Source: a virus (taxonomy: Duplodnaviria; Caudoviricetes). Taken from it: a stretch of 64,000 nucleotides of DNA. How positions within the stretch are numbered: position 1 is the stretch's first letter; each line of letters opens with the position of its first letter. The DNA is taken from positions 1 to 64,000 of the IMG/VR virus record IMGVR_UViG_3300012979_000003, one strand, 5' to 3'. Position numbers and translations under genes: made by a program. The notes under the pieces are model-generated. The model searched no databases. It had not been told where the DNA came from and saw nothing but the letters and a program-made list of their open reading frames with translations. Of this stretch, positions 15,488 to 27,673 are shown piece by piece.

Positions 15488-17543
15488 CTTTAACAAAAAA
15501 ATAAAAAATTCAGATAAGTTCAGATAGAGTGCCCTGACTTTCATAAGTACAGGGCATTACTGTTCATACCCACCTGGATCTACTGAGTACTTTCAGTTTT
15601 GGGATGAAGAGAAGCGTAGATGCTTAGACGGTTATACTGCTGATGATGGAGATTACATCACAGGGTATAACTATTTTTATTTAAACTATTGCCCAATCGA
15701 CCGTATCGTATATGAAGAAGTAACCGATAGATTTGGTGTAACCAAATAGGTACGTAAGAAGAAGTTATTCTTCCCAGACTTCTATGATTACGACTATTAC
15801 TTTTATTGGGCAGTATAGGAAGCAGAAGATAACGGTAAACACATGTGTGTACTTAAGTCACGACGCAAAGGTTATTCTTTTAAGTGTGGATCAATGTGTT
15901 GTCGTAACTATTACTTTATTCCAAATTCGAAATCATACGTATACGTAAGTAATAAGCAATATCTTACTGAAGACGGTATATTGAATAAAGCTTGGGCATA
16001 TTTGGACTTCATTGACAAGCATACAGCATGGGGTAAAAAGCGTCAAGTGTTTGATCAAATGATGCACAAACGTGCGTCATTCTTAGTATCAGATGAGTTC
16101 GGTAATAAGATTGAAACTGGTTATAAATCTGAGATAATCGGCGTATCCTTGAAGGATAATCCTGGTAGTGTGCGTGGTAAAGCAGGTAAACTAATCTTAT
16201 TTGAGGAGGCTGGTTCATTTCCTGAGTTAGCTGCCGCTTGGCAAGTAGCTAGACCGTCTGTAGAACAAGATGGTATCGCATATGGTTTGATGTTGGCATT
16301 TGGTACTGGGGGTGATGAAGGTAGTAGTTTTACTTCATTAAAAGATATGTTCTATAACCCTAAAGGTTATAACTGTTTAGAGTTTGAAAACATATGGGAT
16401 GAGGCTGTAGAACAAGGTAGTAAATGCGGATTCTTCATACCGTAGTTTACTAATTTGGATGTTCGCGATAACGACAGCAAACGCTTGTATATGGACGAAG
16501 ACGGTAATACATTGCACAAAAAAGCAATGGATTACGTACTATCCTTACGTAAGGAAGTAATTGAAAACGCGACCAGTCAATAGGCTGTAGATAGGTATGT
16601 TGCAGAGCAGCCCATTACGCCACGTGAAGCCTGTCTTGAATTTACCGGTAACATCTTCCCAAAGAAGGAATTACAGAATCATTTGGCATTCATTCGTACA
16701 CACAAAAATGTGTAGGCACACAAACAGATTGGTGATTTAGTATTCGACCACGATGGTAACATACAATGGGAAATAAAGAAACATGGTGATATTACTAGGT
16801 ACCCGTTGAACAAAAATGATGACCCTACTGGAGCAATTGTGATATGGGAGCACCCAGTCAAAGATGCACCACACGGGTTGTATATTGCCGGAATTGACTC
16901 GTACGACTATGACCAATCTGGTACCAATTCACTAGGTAGCTGCATTATCTATAAACGTTTCTAGAACTTTGAAGAGTATTATGACTTACCAGTAGCAGAG
17001 TATACAGGCCGTCCTGCAACCGCTGAGATATTCTACGAAAACATACGCAAGTTGCTTACATATTATAATGCAACAGCGATGTATGAAAATCAGAATAAAG
17101 GTCTATTCACATACATGACACAGAAGCATTGTGACTACTTACTTGCGGATCAGCCTGATATATTGGCAGACATTGTTGGTAATTCTACAGTACAGCGTAA
17201 GAAGGGTTGTCATATGAATAAGTAGATTAAAGCGTGGGGAGAAGGTAAGATTAAAGACTGGTTAAATGAAGAATATGCACCTGGTAAAAAGAACCTTACA
17301 AAGATACTTTCTGAACCATTATTGGAAGAATTAATAAGCTATAATGACTAGGGAAACTTCGACCGCGTAATGGCTTTTATGCAGATTATAATATACCGTG
17401 AACAACTTTTTAACGTTGTTGTCAAATAGCGCGAGGAAGTCAATAAATCACGTTTGTTGTTTGATGGGCCTATCTTTACCAATGAGTGGTTTAATGATTC
17501 TTCGTATGATACAAATGATAATATACCGGTATTTACATTTTAA
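15480..17543 (+). CDS. terL: Terminase large subunit (687 aa, 10 in-frame TAGs)
   Basis: Walker A-like LKSRRKGYS, Walker B LILFEEAG, FGTGG, and nuclease motifs YIAGIDSYD and GNFDRV. The frame is continuous from ATG 15480 to TAA 17543 when TAG is read through. Confidence 0.93.
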
Positions 17544-17545
17544 TT

Positions 17546-20050
17546 ATGAGAGATATTAAAAGTTTCCCTACACAGAAATTGTCTATGTTTAAGAAAACAC
17601 AGGCTTGGAAAGAAGCTTGTGTTGACTACATTATCGGATCAGGTAGTGTTGGTATGGGGGCATAGACTAGGAATCGTTAGGGAGAAATGCAAGAATTATA
17701 CGATTTGTACAATGGTATTTACGATGAAAAGAATCTAAAACATGTTACAAATCCGTTCAAGTAGGCTGACCAGTTCCCAGCAACTGCGCAAGACTACAAT
17801 ATAATTAAACCCAAAGTAGATGTATTGCTTGGGGAAGAGACCAAACGCCCCTTCAACTTTAAAGTATGTCGCACTAGTGATATTGCTACAGGTGAGATTC
17901 AAGAGACAGCTAAAAAGATGTTGGAAGACTATTTGATGGCTACGTTTATGTCCAAACTGTCTCCTGAGAATCAACAGCGTTATCAACAGGCATTAGAGTC
18001 TGGTGAGATACAACAACCAGAGGCTATTGCAAAATACATCACAAAAGATTATAAAGACATTGCAGAGAGTGCTGCACATCACACACTCAATTACCTAAAA
18101 CTTAAACTCAACCTTACCCATGAATTTTACAAAGGTTGGGAGCACGCATTGATTGGTGGCGAAGAATGTTACTACGTTGGTATTCGTAACGGTGAACCGT
18201 TTGTGGAATGTCGGAATCCGATGAGGATTACTTATGAAACATTTGATGGTATGGAATTCATCCACGAAGCTGCATGGTGTTGCTATGAAATGGATATGAG
18301 TGCCACCGAAATCTATGACAACTTTTACGACAAGATGACAGAAAAACAACTCAATGAGTTGTTAGAGTTGATTGAAGATAAACCAGGTGGTAGATCTGCA
18401 AAACTCGGTAAGTCATCTTTGGACTACAACCATATAGAGATTCGCAATCGTAATACACTTACTGACAATCCGTTTGACGCAGATCACATTAAAGTGTGGC
18501 ATTGCTGTTGGAAATCATTCAAGAAGATTGGTTTTGTAAGTATCCTCAACCCTGAAACTGAAGAAGTTGAAGAATATCAGGTTGACGAGAACTACAAGGA
18601 AACTGGTTTAGAAGAATCAGTTGAGTGGAAATGGATCATTGAAATATGGGAAGGATACCGTATTGGTAAAGATATGTATCTTGGTATACAGCCTTTAGAG
18701 TACCAACACGTGTCTATGGAAAACCCAAATGCACAGAAACTGCCTTATACTGGTGCCGTGTATAACAACCTTAACACGAAACCACGTTCACTCGTCAGCA
18801 TTATGAAACCACTTCAGTACATGTATATTATATTATGGTATAGACTGGAGTTAGCTATCGCTAGAGATAAAGGTAAAGTTGCAGTAATGGATGTAACGCA
18901 GATACCTAAGAATATGGGTATCGATGTCAATAAGTGGATGCACTATTTGTCGGCACTTGGTGTTGCGTTTGTGAACCCATACGAAACCGGTTGGGACATC
19001 CCTGGTAGAGAAGGTGGTAGACCTAGTCAGTTCAATCAGATGCAGGCATGGGATTTGTCTATGTCAAACGTAATTGCTCAGTATATTCAGTTGATGGATA
19101 AGATTGAGGATATGCTTGCGCAATTAACTGGTATTACTCCTCAGAGACAAGGTGCCATTTCATCTAGTGAATTAGTAGGCAATGTTGAGAGATCAGTAAT
19201 TCAGTCTTCACACATTACTGAACCTTGGTTCTGGGTACACAATCAGGTTAAGAAGCAAGTACTTACTATGTTGTTGGATACAGCTAAGTTTGCATGGAAA
19301 GGTAATAAGAAGTCACTGCATTATGTACTTGATGATGCTACTAGAGCATTCATAAATCTGTCAGATCAATTCTTCAATGAGGACATGGATGTATTTGTTG
19401 ATGACAGCACTAAGGAGAATCAACAGATTGAAATGCTTAGAAATCTTATGTAGCCCGCAATGCAGAATGGAGCTAGTTTGTTAGATATTGCTGAGATCAT
19501 TACTTTGGATAATGTCAACTTGATTAAGCAACGTTTGCAAGAGATTGAAGAGAAGCGTATGCAGCAAATGCAAGAACAACAGCAACGTGAACAAGAAATG
19601 CAGATGCAGTTGCAACAGGCTGAGAATGAAGCTAAGGAAGAAGAACTTATGCTTAAGGAAGCTGAACTTGATTTGCAGAAGTATAAGATTGATCAAGACA
19701 ACGCTACTAAGATTACTGTAGCTCAGTTGAATGCGTACAGAGGCAGTGAGAATATGGATCAGAATGGCAATGGAATACCCGATCCTATTGAAATTGCACA
19801 CGAAGCACTGGAAGAACGTAAACAAGCATCTGATGAAGCATCTAAACAATTTGAACTCAATAACAAGCGTAGAGAGTTGGAAATGAAACGTGAGATGGAG
19901 AATAAGCAGATTGAGTTGGAACGTGAACGTATGCAGCATGAGATGAAACTACAGAAAGCTAAGGACGATGCTGCAATGCAACGCGAAAAGCTTAAAGCAC
20001 GTACTGCAATTAGAAATAAGGTAGCTGGCGAATCTAAGAAGAAATCATGA
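17546..20050 (+). CDS. Portal protein (834 aa, in-frame TAGs)
   Basis: Follows terL. Contains NIIKPKVDVLLGEE and a Gln-rich coiled-coil C-terminus typical of crAss portals. Joins track ORFs 17825 and 19460. Confidence 0.88.
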
Positions 20051-21603
20051 CACCTTTTAAAGAAAGAATGAATTTATATAGGGCTTATCGGGAGTAGAAT
20101 CCCGGTAAGAACTATTGGGATTGGAAAGCTTCTTTGGAAGTACCTGCTATGTAGGATGGTGGTGATACTAAAGATTATGTTGGACAACAAATAGATCAGT
20201 ACGCACTACAAGAAGCCATAAATCAAACCGGTAGAGATTTGTATGTTGCTGATCATACTGATCCAAACACTGGGGTAATTAGCCCTTTCTACAATAAGAA
20301 CACTGATACTTACGGCACATATCAGTTACCAGAACTCACAATAAAGCCTGAATATAAATCCGCTGCACAGATGGAACGTGCGTTAAACGCAGCTGCCGCA
20401 AACCGCGGTAGGTAGTATTATCATGACGCAATGCGTGAAATAGATGCTGGTAGACGAATTGCGGAATTGGCTGAATGGACTCCTGCAGGAGATATTATCG
20501 ATTTGACAAATGCCGGTATTGCCGCAGCGCATGGAGATTATTAGACAGCGGGTATGATGGCAGGTATGATGTTTGTACCAGGATTTATACAAAATCCCGG
20601 CAAATTGCTGTATCGCGGATTACGCAATAATGGTATATCTCGAGCTGCAGCAAAACATTATACGAAACACCCTGATGCACTTATATACGGAATTGAAAAC
20701 AACGAAATTCCAGCATTTGCTGGTAAATCAAAAGACGAAATTAGAACAGTGCTGGAACAGTACGGTGTATCTCCTGGATTGGCCGCAGACCTTGTGGAAT
20801 TTCCATATACCACATTGAATACCATTCAAAAAGCACCGGATCTGTCAACTTTTGCAAAAAAACGAAAATTTTTATAGGACGTGCATGATACAATGGATGA
20901 CTATCTGGCTGTGGCGCAGAGATTGAATGATGAAGATTTTGCACTACGAAGATCGTTATTCTTTCCACAATACCCTCTTGTGGCAAACCGCGCTAAGTGG
21001 AATGTTGCATTGGCAGATTTCCCAATTAACACTGACGTTGCGCTCAACAGTGCCAGTTTTAAAAACAATCTGTACAAGGGTGTTCCTGATGAAAAAATAC
21101 CGTATGGTTCCAGTGGTGTAACACGCCGTGTAAATCAACACGTTTCGCTATTGGACCCTGTAACCGGAATTCCTCAAACACCTTCCGAGATTGCAGAAAC
21201 CGCGGTACACGAAGTATAGCATGCCAGGACAAGACAGCAACCAGAATTTGAAAAAATGCAAGCATATTCAAAAGAAGAAAACGCACTTGTTTTCGCGGGG
21301 GATGTGCCGGGTATTCCAAAACAGGCAACAGATATATTTAACCCGTTGGCCAGATGGATTGGTATTAATAATTATAATGGCAGTATTTCCGAATGGTTTT
21401 CTCGAAAGGCGGAATATGAGGCTGGAAGAAGTAAGAAACATTTTAGAGAAATGGCAGCTGATGAACAAAATGAAATGGTTGATTATATGTATATGTACTT
21501 TGGTAAAGACTTTGGTGACGAGCATATTACAAAAGATGATATTCGAAAAATGCTTACAGACGGCAGCGCCATAGGGTTTAAATATGGTGGAATAATACTA
21601 TAA
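20047..21603 (+). CDS. Putative virion-associated protein with a PT-TG-like segment and HExxH zincin motif (518 aa)
   Basis: Joins ORFs 20554, 20881 and 21256 in frame via TAGs. Contains WTPAGDIIDL...GDY...MFVPG and VHEV(Q)HA. Confidence 0.7.
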
Positions 21604-21629
21604 AAATAAATCTAATTAATATATTAATT

Positions 21630-22787
21630 ATGGAAAAAGAAACAACAACATTAGGAGGATTCGAAGCTATCTTTGGAGGCTTTGACCCGAATGCAAAAGC
21701 AAATGAAGAACAGTTTGATGATGACCTCTTGGCAGGTGGTGAAGAGCTTGATGATGATGCTCTTGACGCAATTAAGAATCAAACTACAAAAACAACTAAA
21801 ACAACCAAAGTGACTGAAGAACCCGAAGATGACGAGGAGGATGATGAAGTCATTGAGGAACCAATTAAAACAACCAAGAAGACAAAGAAGAATGAAAGCG
21901 TTGATGTTAACGACGATGATAACACTGTTGATAATAGTGTTAGTGAAGGAGTAGATTCGGAAGTAATTACAGGATTCTTTGATGCTATTTCTGAAAGACT
22001 TGGTTGGGAATTCGATGAGGATGAAGAAAAGCCTACCGATGTAGATTCACTGTTGGATTATTTTCAGACAGTTATTGAAGAGAACTCTAAACCTGATTAC
22101 GCTTCTGAGGAAGTTGCCGCATTGGATGAGTATGTAAAGAATGGTGGCGACATTCGTAAGTACTTGAGCATTGATGCTGAAGTAGATTATGATAATATCG
22201 ATATTACCGATGAACGTAATCAGAAGACAATTATAAAGGCATTCCTTAAAGAAAAGGGAATGAAAGATACACAGATCGAACGACGCTTAACACGATATGA
22301 AGATTCTGGAGTACTTGAGGAAGAAGCAGAAGACGCTTTGGAATCAATGAAGGAGATTGTAGAATCAAAGAAGCAACAGCTATTGGCCGATCAGAAAAAG
22401 GCCGCTGACACATATCGTGAAAATCAACAGAGATTTTACAATAGCGTTGTCGAGGAAGTAAAAAATTTGAACGACATTCGCGGTATTAAAGTACCTGCAA
22501 AAGACAAAGAAAAATTACTGAACTACTTGCTTAAACCTGAAGCGGATGGTAAGACCAGATACTACAAGGAATATTCTAGTAATGTAAGGAACATGATCGA
22601 ATCCGCATACTTCACTATGAATCGAGACAAGATGCTTGAGCAAGCTGAAAAGAAAGGTAATAACTCTGCTATCGAAAAATTCAAAAACAGTTTGAAAAAC
22701 ACTACCGTCAGAGGTGCTGGCAGAAGTATGAGAAGTAATAATAACGATCTCTGGTCATCAGTAGTACGTGGACTGCGTGCGTCGTAA
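21630..22787 (+). CDS. Acidic capsid scaffolding-like protein (conserved gene upstream of MCP)
   Basis: 385 aa, with a very acidic N-half and coiled-coil C-half. It lies immediately before the MCP and has no TAG. Confidence 0.7.
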   Translation: MEKETTTLGGFEAIFGGFDPNAKANEEQFDDDLLAGGEELDDDALDAIKNQTTKTTKTTKVTEEPEDDEEDDEVIEEPIKTTKKTKKNESVDVNDDDNTVDNSVSEGVDSEVITGFFDAISERLGWEFDEDEEKPTDVDSLLDYFQTVIEENSKPDYASEEVAALDEYVKNGGDIRKYLSIDAEVDYDNIDITDERNQKTIIKAFLKEKGMKDTQIERRLTRYEDSGVLEEEAEDALESMKEIVESKKQQLLADQKKAADTYRENQQRFYNSVVEEVKNLNDIRGIKVPAKDKEKLLNYLLKPEADGKTRYYKEYSSNVRNMIESAYFTMNRDKMLEQAEKKGNNSAIEKFKNSLKNTTVRGAGRSMRSNNNDLWSSVVRGLRAS

Positions 22788-22822
22788 TGAAAAATTAATT
22801 TAATTAAATTATTTAAGTATTT

Positions 22823-24292
22823 ATGGATAACGATATTCTTAATGGATTAGTGCTCTATAAGGGTAAGCGTTTCAGCGACCTCGTAGACACTAACAAGATT
22901 TATGCAGCCTCACGTCAGGAGCCGTATAAAGTCGCTACCATCCTGTCATACGTATTCGGTACTAAGGACAGTGGTTACAGCACTTCATTGGATATGTTGA
23001 CTGGTGGTCTGGGTAATGTAATGACAATTGACAAACCTGTTTATGAGTGGAACGTAATGATCGAATCTGATCGTGCCGTTGCTATCCGCGACGCTAAGTG
23101 GAACGGTCAGTCTATTTCTACTGACACTCTCGCTGGTCTTGGTAACACTCCTATCACTCTTTGGTTGGAAGATAACATCTTTGGTCCTGGTGCCGTAATC
23201 GAATTTGATGACAAGAACTACCAGGTTCGTATCGATGGTGCTCCCTATCAGGATGGCAACCTTTGGGTTTACAACGCATTCATTGCTACAGCTCGTCCTT
23301 CAGACTACATCCCCGGTGATCTGTTGCAGCCTGGTTGTCAGGTATCTCGTGTTGCTTCTGCATACGAAGAGTACAGTGAAGAGGGTGATATCCTGAACTA
23401 CAGCACTCACATGGCTATGCGTAGCCACTTGTCTACTATCCGTATCAACTATGATATCACTGGTTCTGCTTATTCAGAAGTAATGACTATCGCTTTGAAG
23501 GATCCTAAGACTGGTAAGACTTCTTACTTGTGGGCTGATTATCAGGAGTGGTTGGCTCTCCGCGAGTGGTACAAGCGTATTGAGTACGCAATGGTATATT
23601 ATAAGAACAACGTAGATAAGGATGGTACTTGCCGTCTGAAGGGTACTAACGGTCGTCCTGTATATATGATGGCTGGTTTGCTGGAGCAGATTTCTCCTTC
23701 TAACCGTCGTTACTATACTAAGTTGACTGCTGAGTTGCTCGAAGACTTCTTGTTCGACCTCTCTTACAACGTACTTGGTACTAACGAGCGTAAGTTCGTT
23801 GCCTTGACTGGTGAGATGGGTATGCGTGAGTTTGACCGCGTATTGAAAGAGAAGGCAGCTAACTGGTCAGATATGGCTACTATCTTTGTTACTGGTTCTG
23901 GTGATAACCTTACTTTCGGTGGTCAGTTCAAGACTTACAAGATGATCAACGGTATCGAGTTGACTTTGAAGTATTTCCCCTTGTATGACAACACTGTTCA
24001 CAATCGTAAGTTGCACCCCGTTACTTTGAAGCCGGTTGAGTCATATCGTATGACTTTCTTGGATCTCGGTCGTCGTGACGGTTCAGCTAACATTGTTAAG
24101 GTTGTTCGTAAGGATCGTGAGTTTGTACAGTGGTACACTGGTGGTTCAGTTGGTCCCGATGGTTACAAGCACAGCACTAATACTCTCGCCTCTAACGGTA
24201 AGGACGGTTACACCGTATTCTTCCTCGGTGAGTTCGGTATAATGGTGAAGGATCCTAGAGCCTGCGGAGAATTGATCCTGGACGTAGAGTAA
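22823..24292 (+). CDS. Major capsid protein
   Basis: 489 aa with strong high-expression codon bias (CGT/GGT/ATC) and crAss MCP-like motifs (GLLEQI, FVALTGEMGMREFDR, DPRACGEL). No TAG. Confidence 0.9.
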   Translation: MDNDILNGLVLYKGKRFSDLVDTNKIYAASRQEPYKVATILSYVFGTKDSGYSTSLDMLTGGLGNVMTIDKPVYEWNVMIESDRAVAIRDAKWNGQSISTDTLAGLGNTPITLWLEDNIFGPGAVIEFDDKNYQVRIDGAPYQDGNLWVYNAFIATARPSDYIPGDLLQPGCQVSRVASAYEEYSEEGDILNYSTHMAMRSHLSTIRINYDITGSAYSEVMTIALKDPKTGKTSYLWADYQEWLALREWYKRIEYAMVYYKNNVDKDGTCRLKGTNGRPVYMMAGLLEQISPSNRRYYTKLTAELLEDFLFDLSYNVLGTNERKFVALTGEMGMREFDRVLKEKAANWSDMATIFVTGSGDNLTFGGQFKTYKMINGIELTLKYFPLYDNTVHNRKLHPVTLKPVESYRMTFLDLGRRDGSANIVKVVRKDREFVQWYTGGSVGPDGYKHSTNTLASNGKDGYTVFFLGEFGIMVKDPRACGELILDVE

Positions 24293-24370
24293 TTTCTGTT
24301 AAAAAGTTACAATATTTGCCAACCAATTTAAATTTCGCCCGTTATAACTCTGTAACTAACACAGAAAACA

Positions 24371-25450
24371 ATGGAAAAGACTTACGAAATTTATAGGTTG
24401 ACTAATACAGTAAATAACAAAATTTACATTGGTGGTACGACAGACGGGGCCGGTTATCGGTTCAAAAGACACATCGTCAAGGCGAAAGCCGGCTCCGAGT
24501 ACCCCTTACACAAAGCCATCATAGAATTTGGCGAGCAAAACTTTAAGCTTGACATTCTCGAAATGTGTGACAACCTTGATCACATGAATGAAAGAGAAGC
24601 TTATTGGATTGTAACACTCAGTAGTACAAATCCTGAAGTCGGATATAACGGGAAAGTAGGTGGTGGTATTAGATTCCAAACCGAAGAATCCAGAATAAAA
24701 ATTGGAAATGTCCACAGAGGCAAGATCAGTGATCATCGCAAAGCAGTTCTACAGTACGATGCCTTTGGTAACTTGATAAAAGAATTCCCTAGTCTTCAGA
24801 GTGCTAGCGAAGAAACTGGAATACAAAGAACTTCCATTCTTCGAGTAATCAACAAGAAGGCAATGAAGCCATCTAAGAAGAACCCTTATCTGTGGATATA
24901 TCGCGATTCTTTTGACGAAGTTCCTTTGCACGTTGAGTTAAAAGATTACTTCTTAGACCTGAATAGGGTTGAAGGGAATATAGAAAATCTTAGAAAAACT
25001 TGGGAGAAGAATCAAGTTATTAACGGTAACATGGCCGGTAGAGCATTACCCGTAGAACAATACGATTTGCAAAACAATTTAATTGCCAGATACAAAAGTA
25101 TTGCAGAAGCTGCCGAAAAATCAGGAGTAAGTACTACAACAATAAAAAGATATTTGAACAACCCAGAATACGTAGCCAATCTTAAAGGCGCACAGCGTAG
25201 TCAGTTCTTGTGGAAACGTGGTGATGTTAATGACGAATCATTGCGAATGACTTTGAAAGAATCTAGAGAAAAGGCTGCTGCAAAATATGCCAAAAAGATA
25301 GAATGCTACACTTTAGACGGAATTAAAGTGAGTGAACACCAAGGCATCGTAGAACTTGCTAAACGGCTTCACTCTGATTCAAGAACACTGAAATCATATA
25401 TTCTAGATGGTGTACCATTTAAAGGGTTTCTGTGGAAGTTTAAAGACTAA
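24371..25450 (+). CDS. GIY-YIG homing endonuclease with NUMOD1-like repeats
   Basis: EIYRLTNTVNNKIYIG, GYN, and repeated V(L/E)QYD..(G/N)NLI..(F/Y).S...A modules. Confidence 0.9.
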   Translation: MEKTYEIYRLTNTVNNKIYIGGTTDGAGYRFKRHIVKAKAGSEYPLHKAIIEFGEQNFKLDILEMCDNLDHMNEREAYWIVTLSSTNPEVGYNGKVGGGIRFQTEESRIKIGNVHRGKISDHRKAVLQYDAFGNLIKEFPSLQSASEETGIQRTSILRVINKKAMKPSKKNPYLWIYRDSFDEVPLHVELKDYFLDLNRVEGNIENLRKTWEKNQVINGNMAGRALPVEQYDLQNNLIARYKSIAEAAEKSGVSTTTIKRYLNNPEYVANLKGAQRSQFLWKRGDVNDESLRMTLKESREKAAAKYAKKIECYTLDGIKVSEHQGIVELAKRLHSDSRTLKSYILDGVPFKGFLWKFKD

Positions 25451-25470
25451 CTTGATAAATCTTAGAAATA

Positions 25471-26223
25471 ATGGAAGTAATCGTTAGAATTGTAAAAGTA
25501 AACCCTTGGTCTAACATTACCAAGTGGGATAATTGCTATGACTGGATTTCAAACTACCTTACCAGATCTGGTAATCGGTATACAGGTTTGACTCCAGAAC
25601 AAGCTGGAGAACTCGAAAAGAGACTCGGATATCCGGAAGGACACCTTAATCCTAACAGCCCGTTCTGGGACACTTTTGGTATTAAGGTTGGTAAAAGAGA
25701 TCTCATACTTAATACAGATAAAGCTGAAGACGAGCTCAAGTATTTGTTCTTGCGTTCGCACAAAAGAGTAGCACAAGGTTTAGCTAAAGTAAATGCATCT
25801 ACTGACTACGTACTAATTAATGTAGAAAGTGAAGCTGTAGAGCAGAACCGTGTTAATAAAGTTAAACGTGAGGCATTTAGAGAACTTGATAAGATGTCTA
25901 TTGAAGACATGCGTAAGTGTCTGCGTTTGTATGGACTTAAGTCCAACACTATGTCTAATGAACTCATTGAAGCCAAGATGACAGAGATGATCGAGAAAGA
26001 TCCTAATAAGTTCATGCTTCGTTGGGTTAACAACAAACATAGAGAGATTAACTTCGTAATTGAAGAAGCAATTAGTAAGAATATTATACGCAAGAATCGC
26101 ACACAGTATTACTTTGGTACTGACTTGATTGGTAACGGTCTTGATGATGTAGTTGCTTATTTAAATGACAAGCAGAACCAAGATATTAAGATGGCGATTA
26201 TGCAAGAAATACAGTCTAAGTAA
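25471..26223 (+). CDS. Conserved crAss structural-module protein
   Basis: 250-aa ORF between the MCP and the ring proteins. No TAG. Confidence 0.75.
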   Translation: MEVIVRIVKVNPWSNITKWDNCYDWISNYLTRSGNRYTGLTPEQAGELEKRLGYPEGHLNPNSPFWDTFGIKVGKRDLILNTDKAEDELKYLFLRSHKRVAQGLAKVNASTDYVLINVESEAVEQNRVNKVKREAFRELDKMSIEDMRKCLRLYGLKSNTMSNELIEAKMTEMIEKDPNKFMLRWVNNKHREINFVIEEAISKNIIRKNRTQYYFGTDLIGNGLDDVVAYLNDKQNQDIKMAIMQEIQSK

Positions 26224-26951
26224 TGACAGGTAGATAGGTTATACAGGCAATAAAGTTGGCGTTGGATAAATATTCGGCGTCAACTTCTGCCGTTATTGGT
26301 CCAGCGTTTTTGGATGAAGAATTGTGCTCGTTTGCAAATCAGGCGATGCTTGAAATAATTTGCACAAAGTTCACTGGTAACAATTAGTTGCAACAAGGGT
26401 TTGAGCAGAGTGTAAAGCGTGTTGCTGACCTAGAAAAGCTAATCATTGAAAAAGTAACACAGATCGACCGTGTGGAAGGCACAAATAGATGGATAACAAC
26501 TGATGCCGATTTTGAAGATTGCATGTTTTTAGTGTCAGCAAAAATAAAAATGTACACCAAAAATAATGAGATTGTTTACACGCCTGCAGAATTAGCCGAT
26601 AGACAGACCACCCAACGATTTGAGTTAACCCCTACAAATTGTCCGTATATACCTATACCAAAGGTTATCAGTACAACATTTTGGGACTACTACGATGTGC
26701 CCATTAAAGGTGCCACTGTATATGTAGACCCTTTGTGGAATGATAAATATACTAAATTTGAACTGGTAACAGAGCACGTGAAATAGCCGTCTGGATTAAA
26801 CGCCGATGATTTAGACGTTTCTGCATTTTCTGGAGGATTTTCAGATTCCGTATTGTATGAAATTATAGATAGAGCTGCACTGTTAGCATTAGATAATATT
26901 GAATCACAACGCGTTGAAACAAAAGCAGCGCTAAATAAAATGCAAGAGTAA
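26223..26951 (+). CDS. Tail ring / head-tail connector protein 1 (in-frame TAGs)
   Basis: ATG 26223 to TAA 26951. Contains GFEQSVKRVADL and is paralogous to the next two genes. Confidence 0.75.
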
Positions 26952-27673
26952 TGACAGCAAGAGAAATGCAAATTGAATTTGAACGCCGCTTGGCGTTAAT
27001 AAATCCTGAATTAGTAAATAACCAAAAGCCAGATTCAGATACAATCTTTTCATTTTTGAATGCGTACACGTTACGATTCGTGTAGCAGATTTTTAATTCG
27101 GAAGATTCTGCAGAAAACGGTACACGTATTCAAAAATATGGTAAAGACTCGATTTATACACTGCTGACAAAAACAGTTTTAACTGCAATTCCATCACAAT
27201 CAACCGACTTGGAGCCAAACAATCACTTTTTTTCTTTGCCAAATGATTACTTTTTGTATGTACGCAGTACTAGTGGTGTGAATGTGTTATATGATTTCAA
27301 AACTGGCAAACTCCGCAGAGTTCCAAACGAATTGGTATCTGAAGAAGAATTGAATAAAATTTTAACATCGGCGTGGGATCAAATAATATTACCACACCCG
27401 TACGTATCTCTAAATACTGGCAGTTTGGGAGCATAGATTTCGCCCAGGTTGAATTTAATAGCCGATAAATACACGACAGTTTATGATCTATAGTTAGTTT
27501 ATTATAGAAGACCCAAACTGTTTAATGTGTTGGGGGTAGATGGCGAAACAGTATTAAACGCATGTGAATTACCGGAAGCGACGCATTTGGCAATTGTTGA
27601 CGGTGCGGTGAACATGTTCATTGCCGAGAACAAATATAGACTTAGTGCTAATACAAAACAAGATAAAGAATGA
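26951..27673 (+). CDS. Tail ring / head-tail connector protein 2 (in-frame TAGs)
   Basis: MTAREMQIEFERRL...KPDSDTIFSFLN...CELPEATHLAIVDGAV. Coupled to neighbours by TAATG/ATGA overlaps. Confidence 0.75.
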
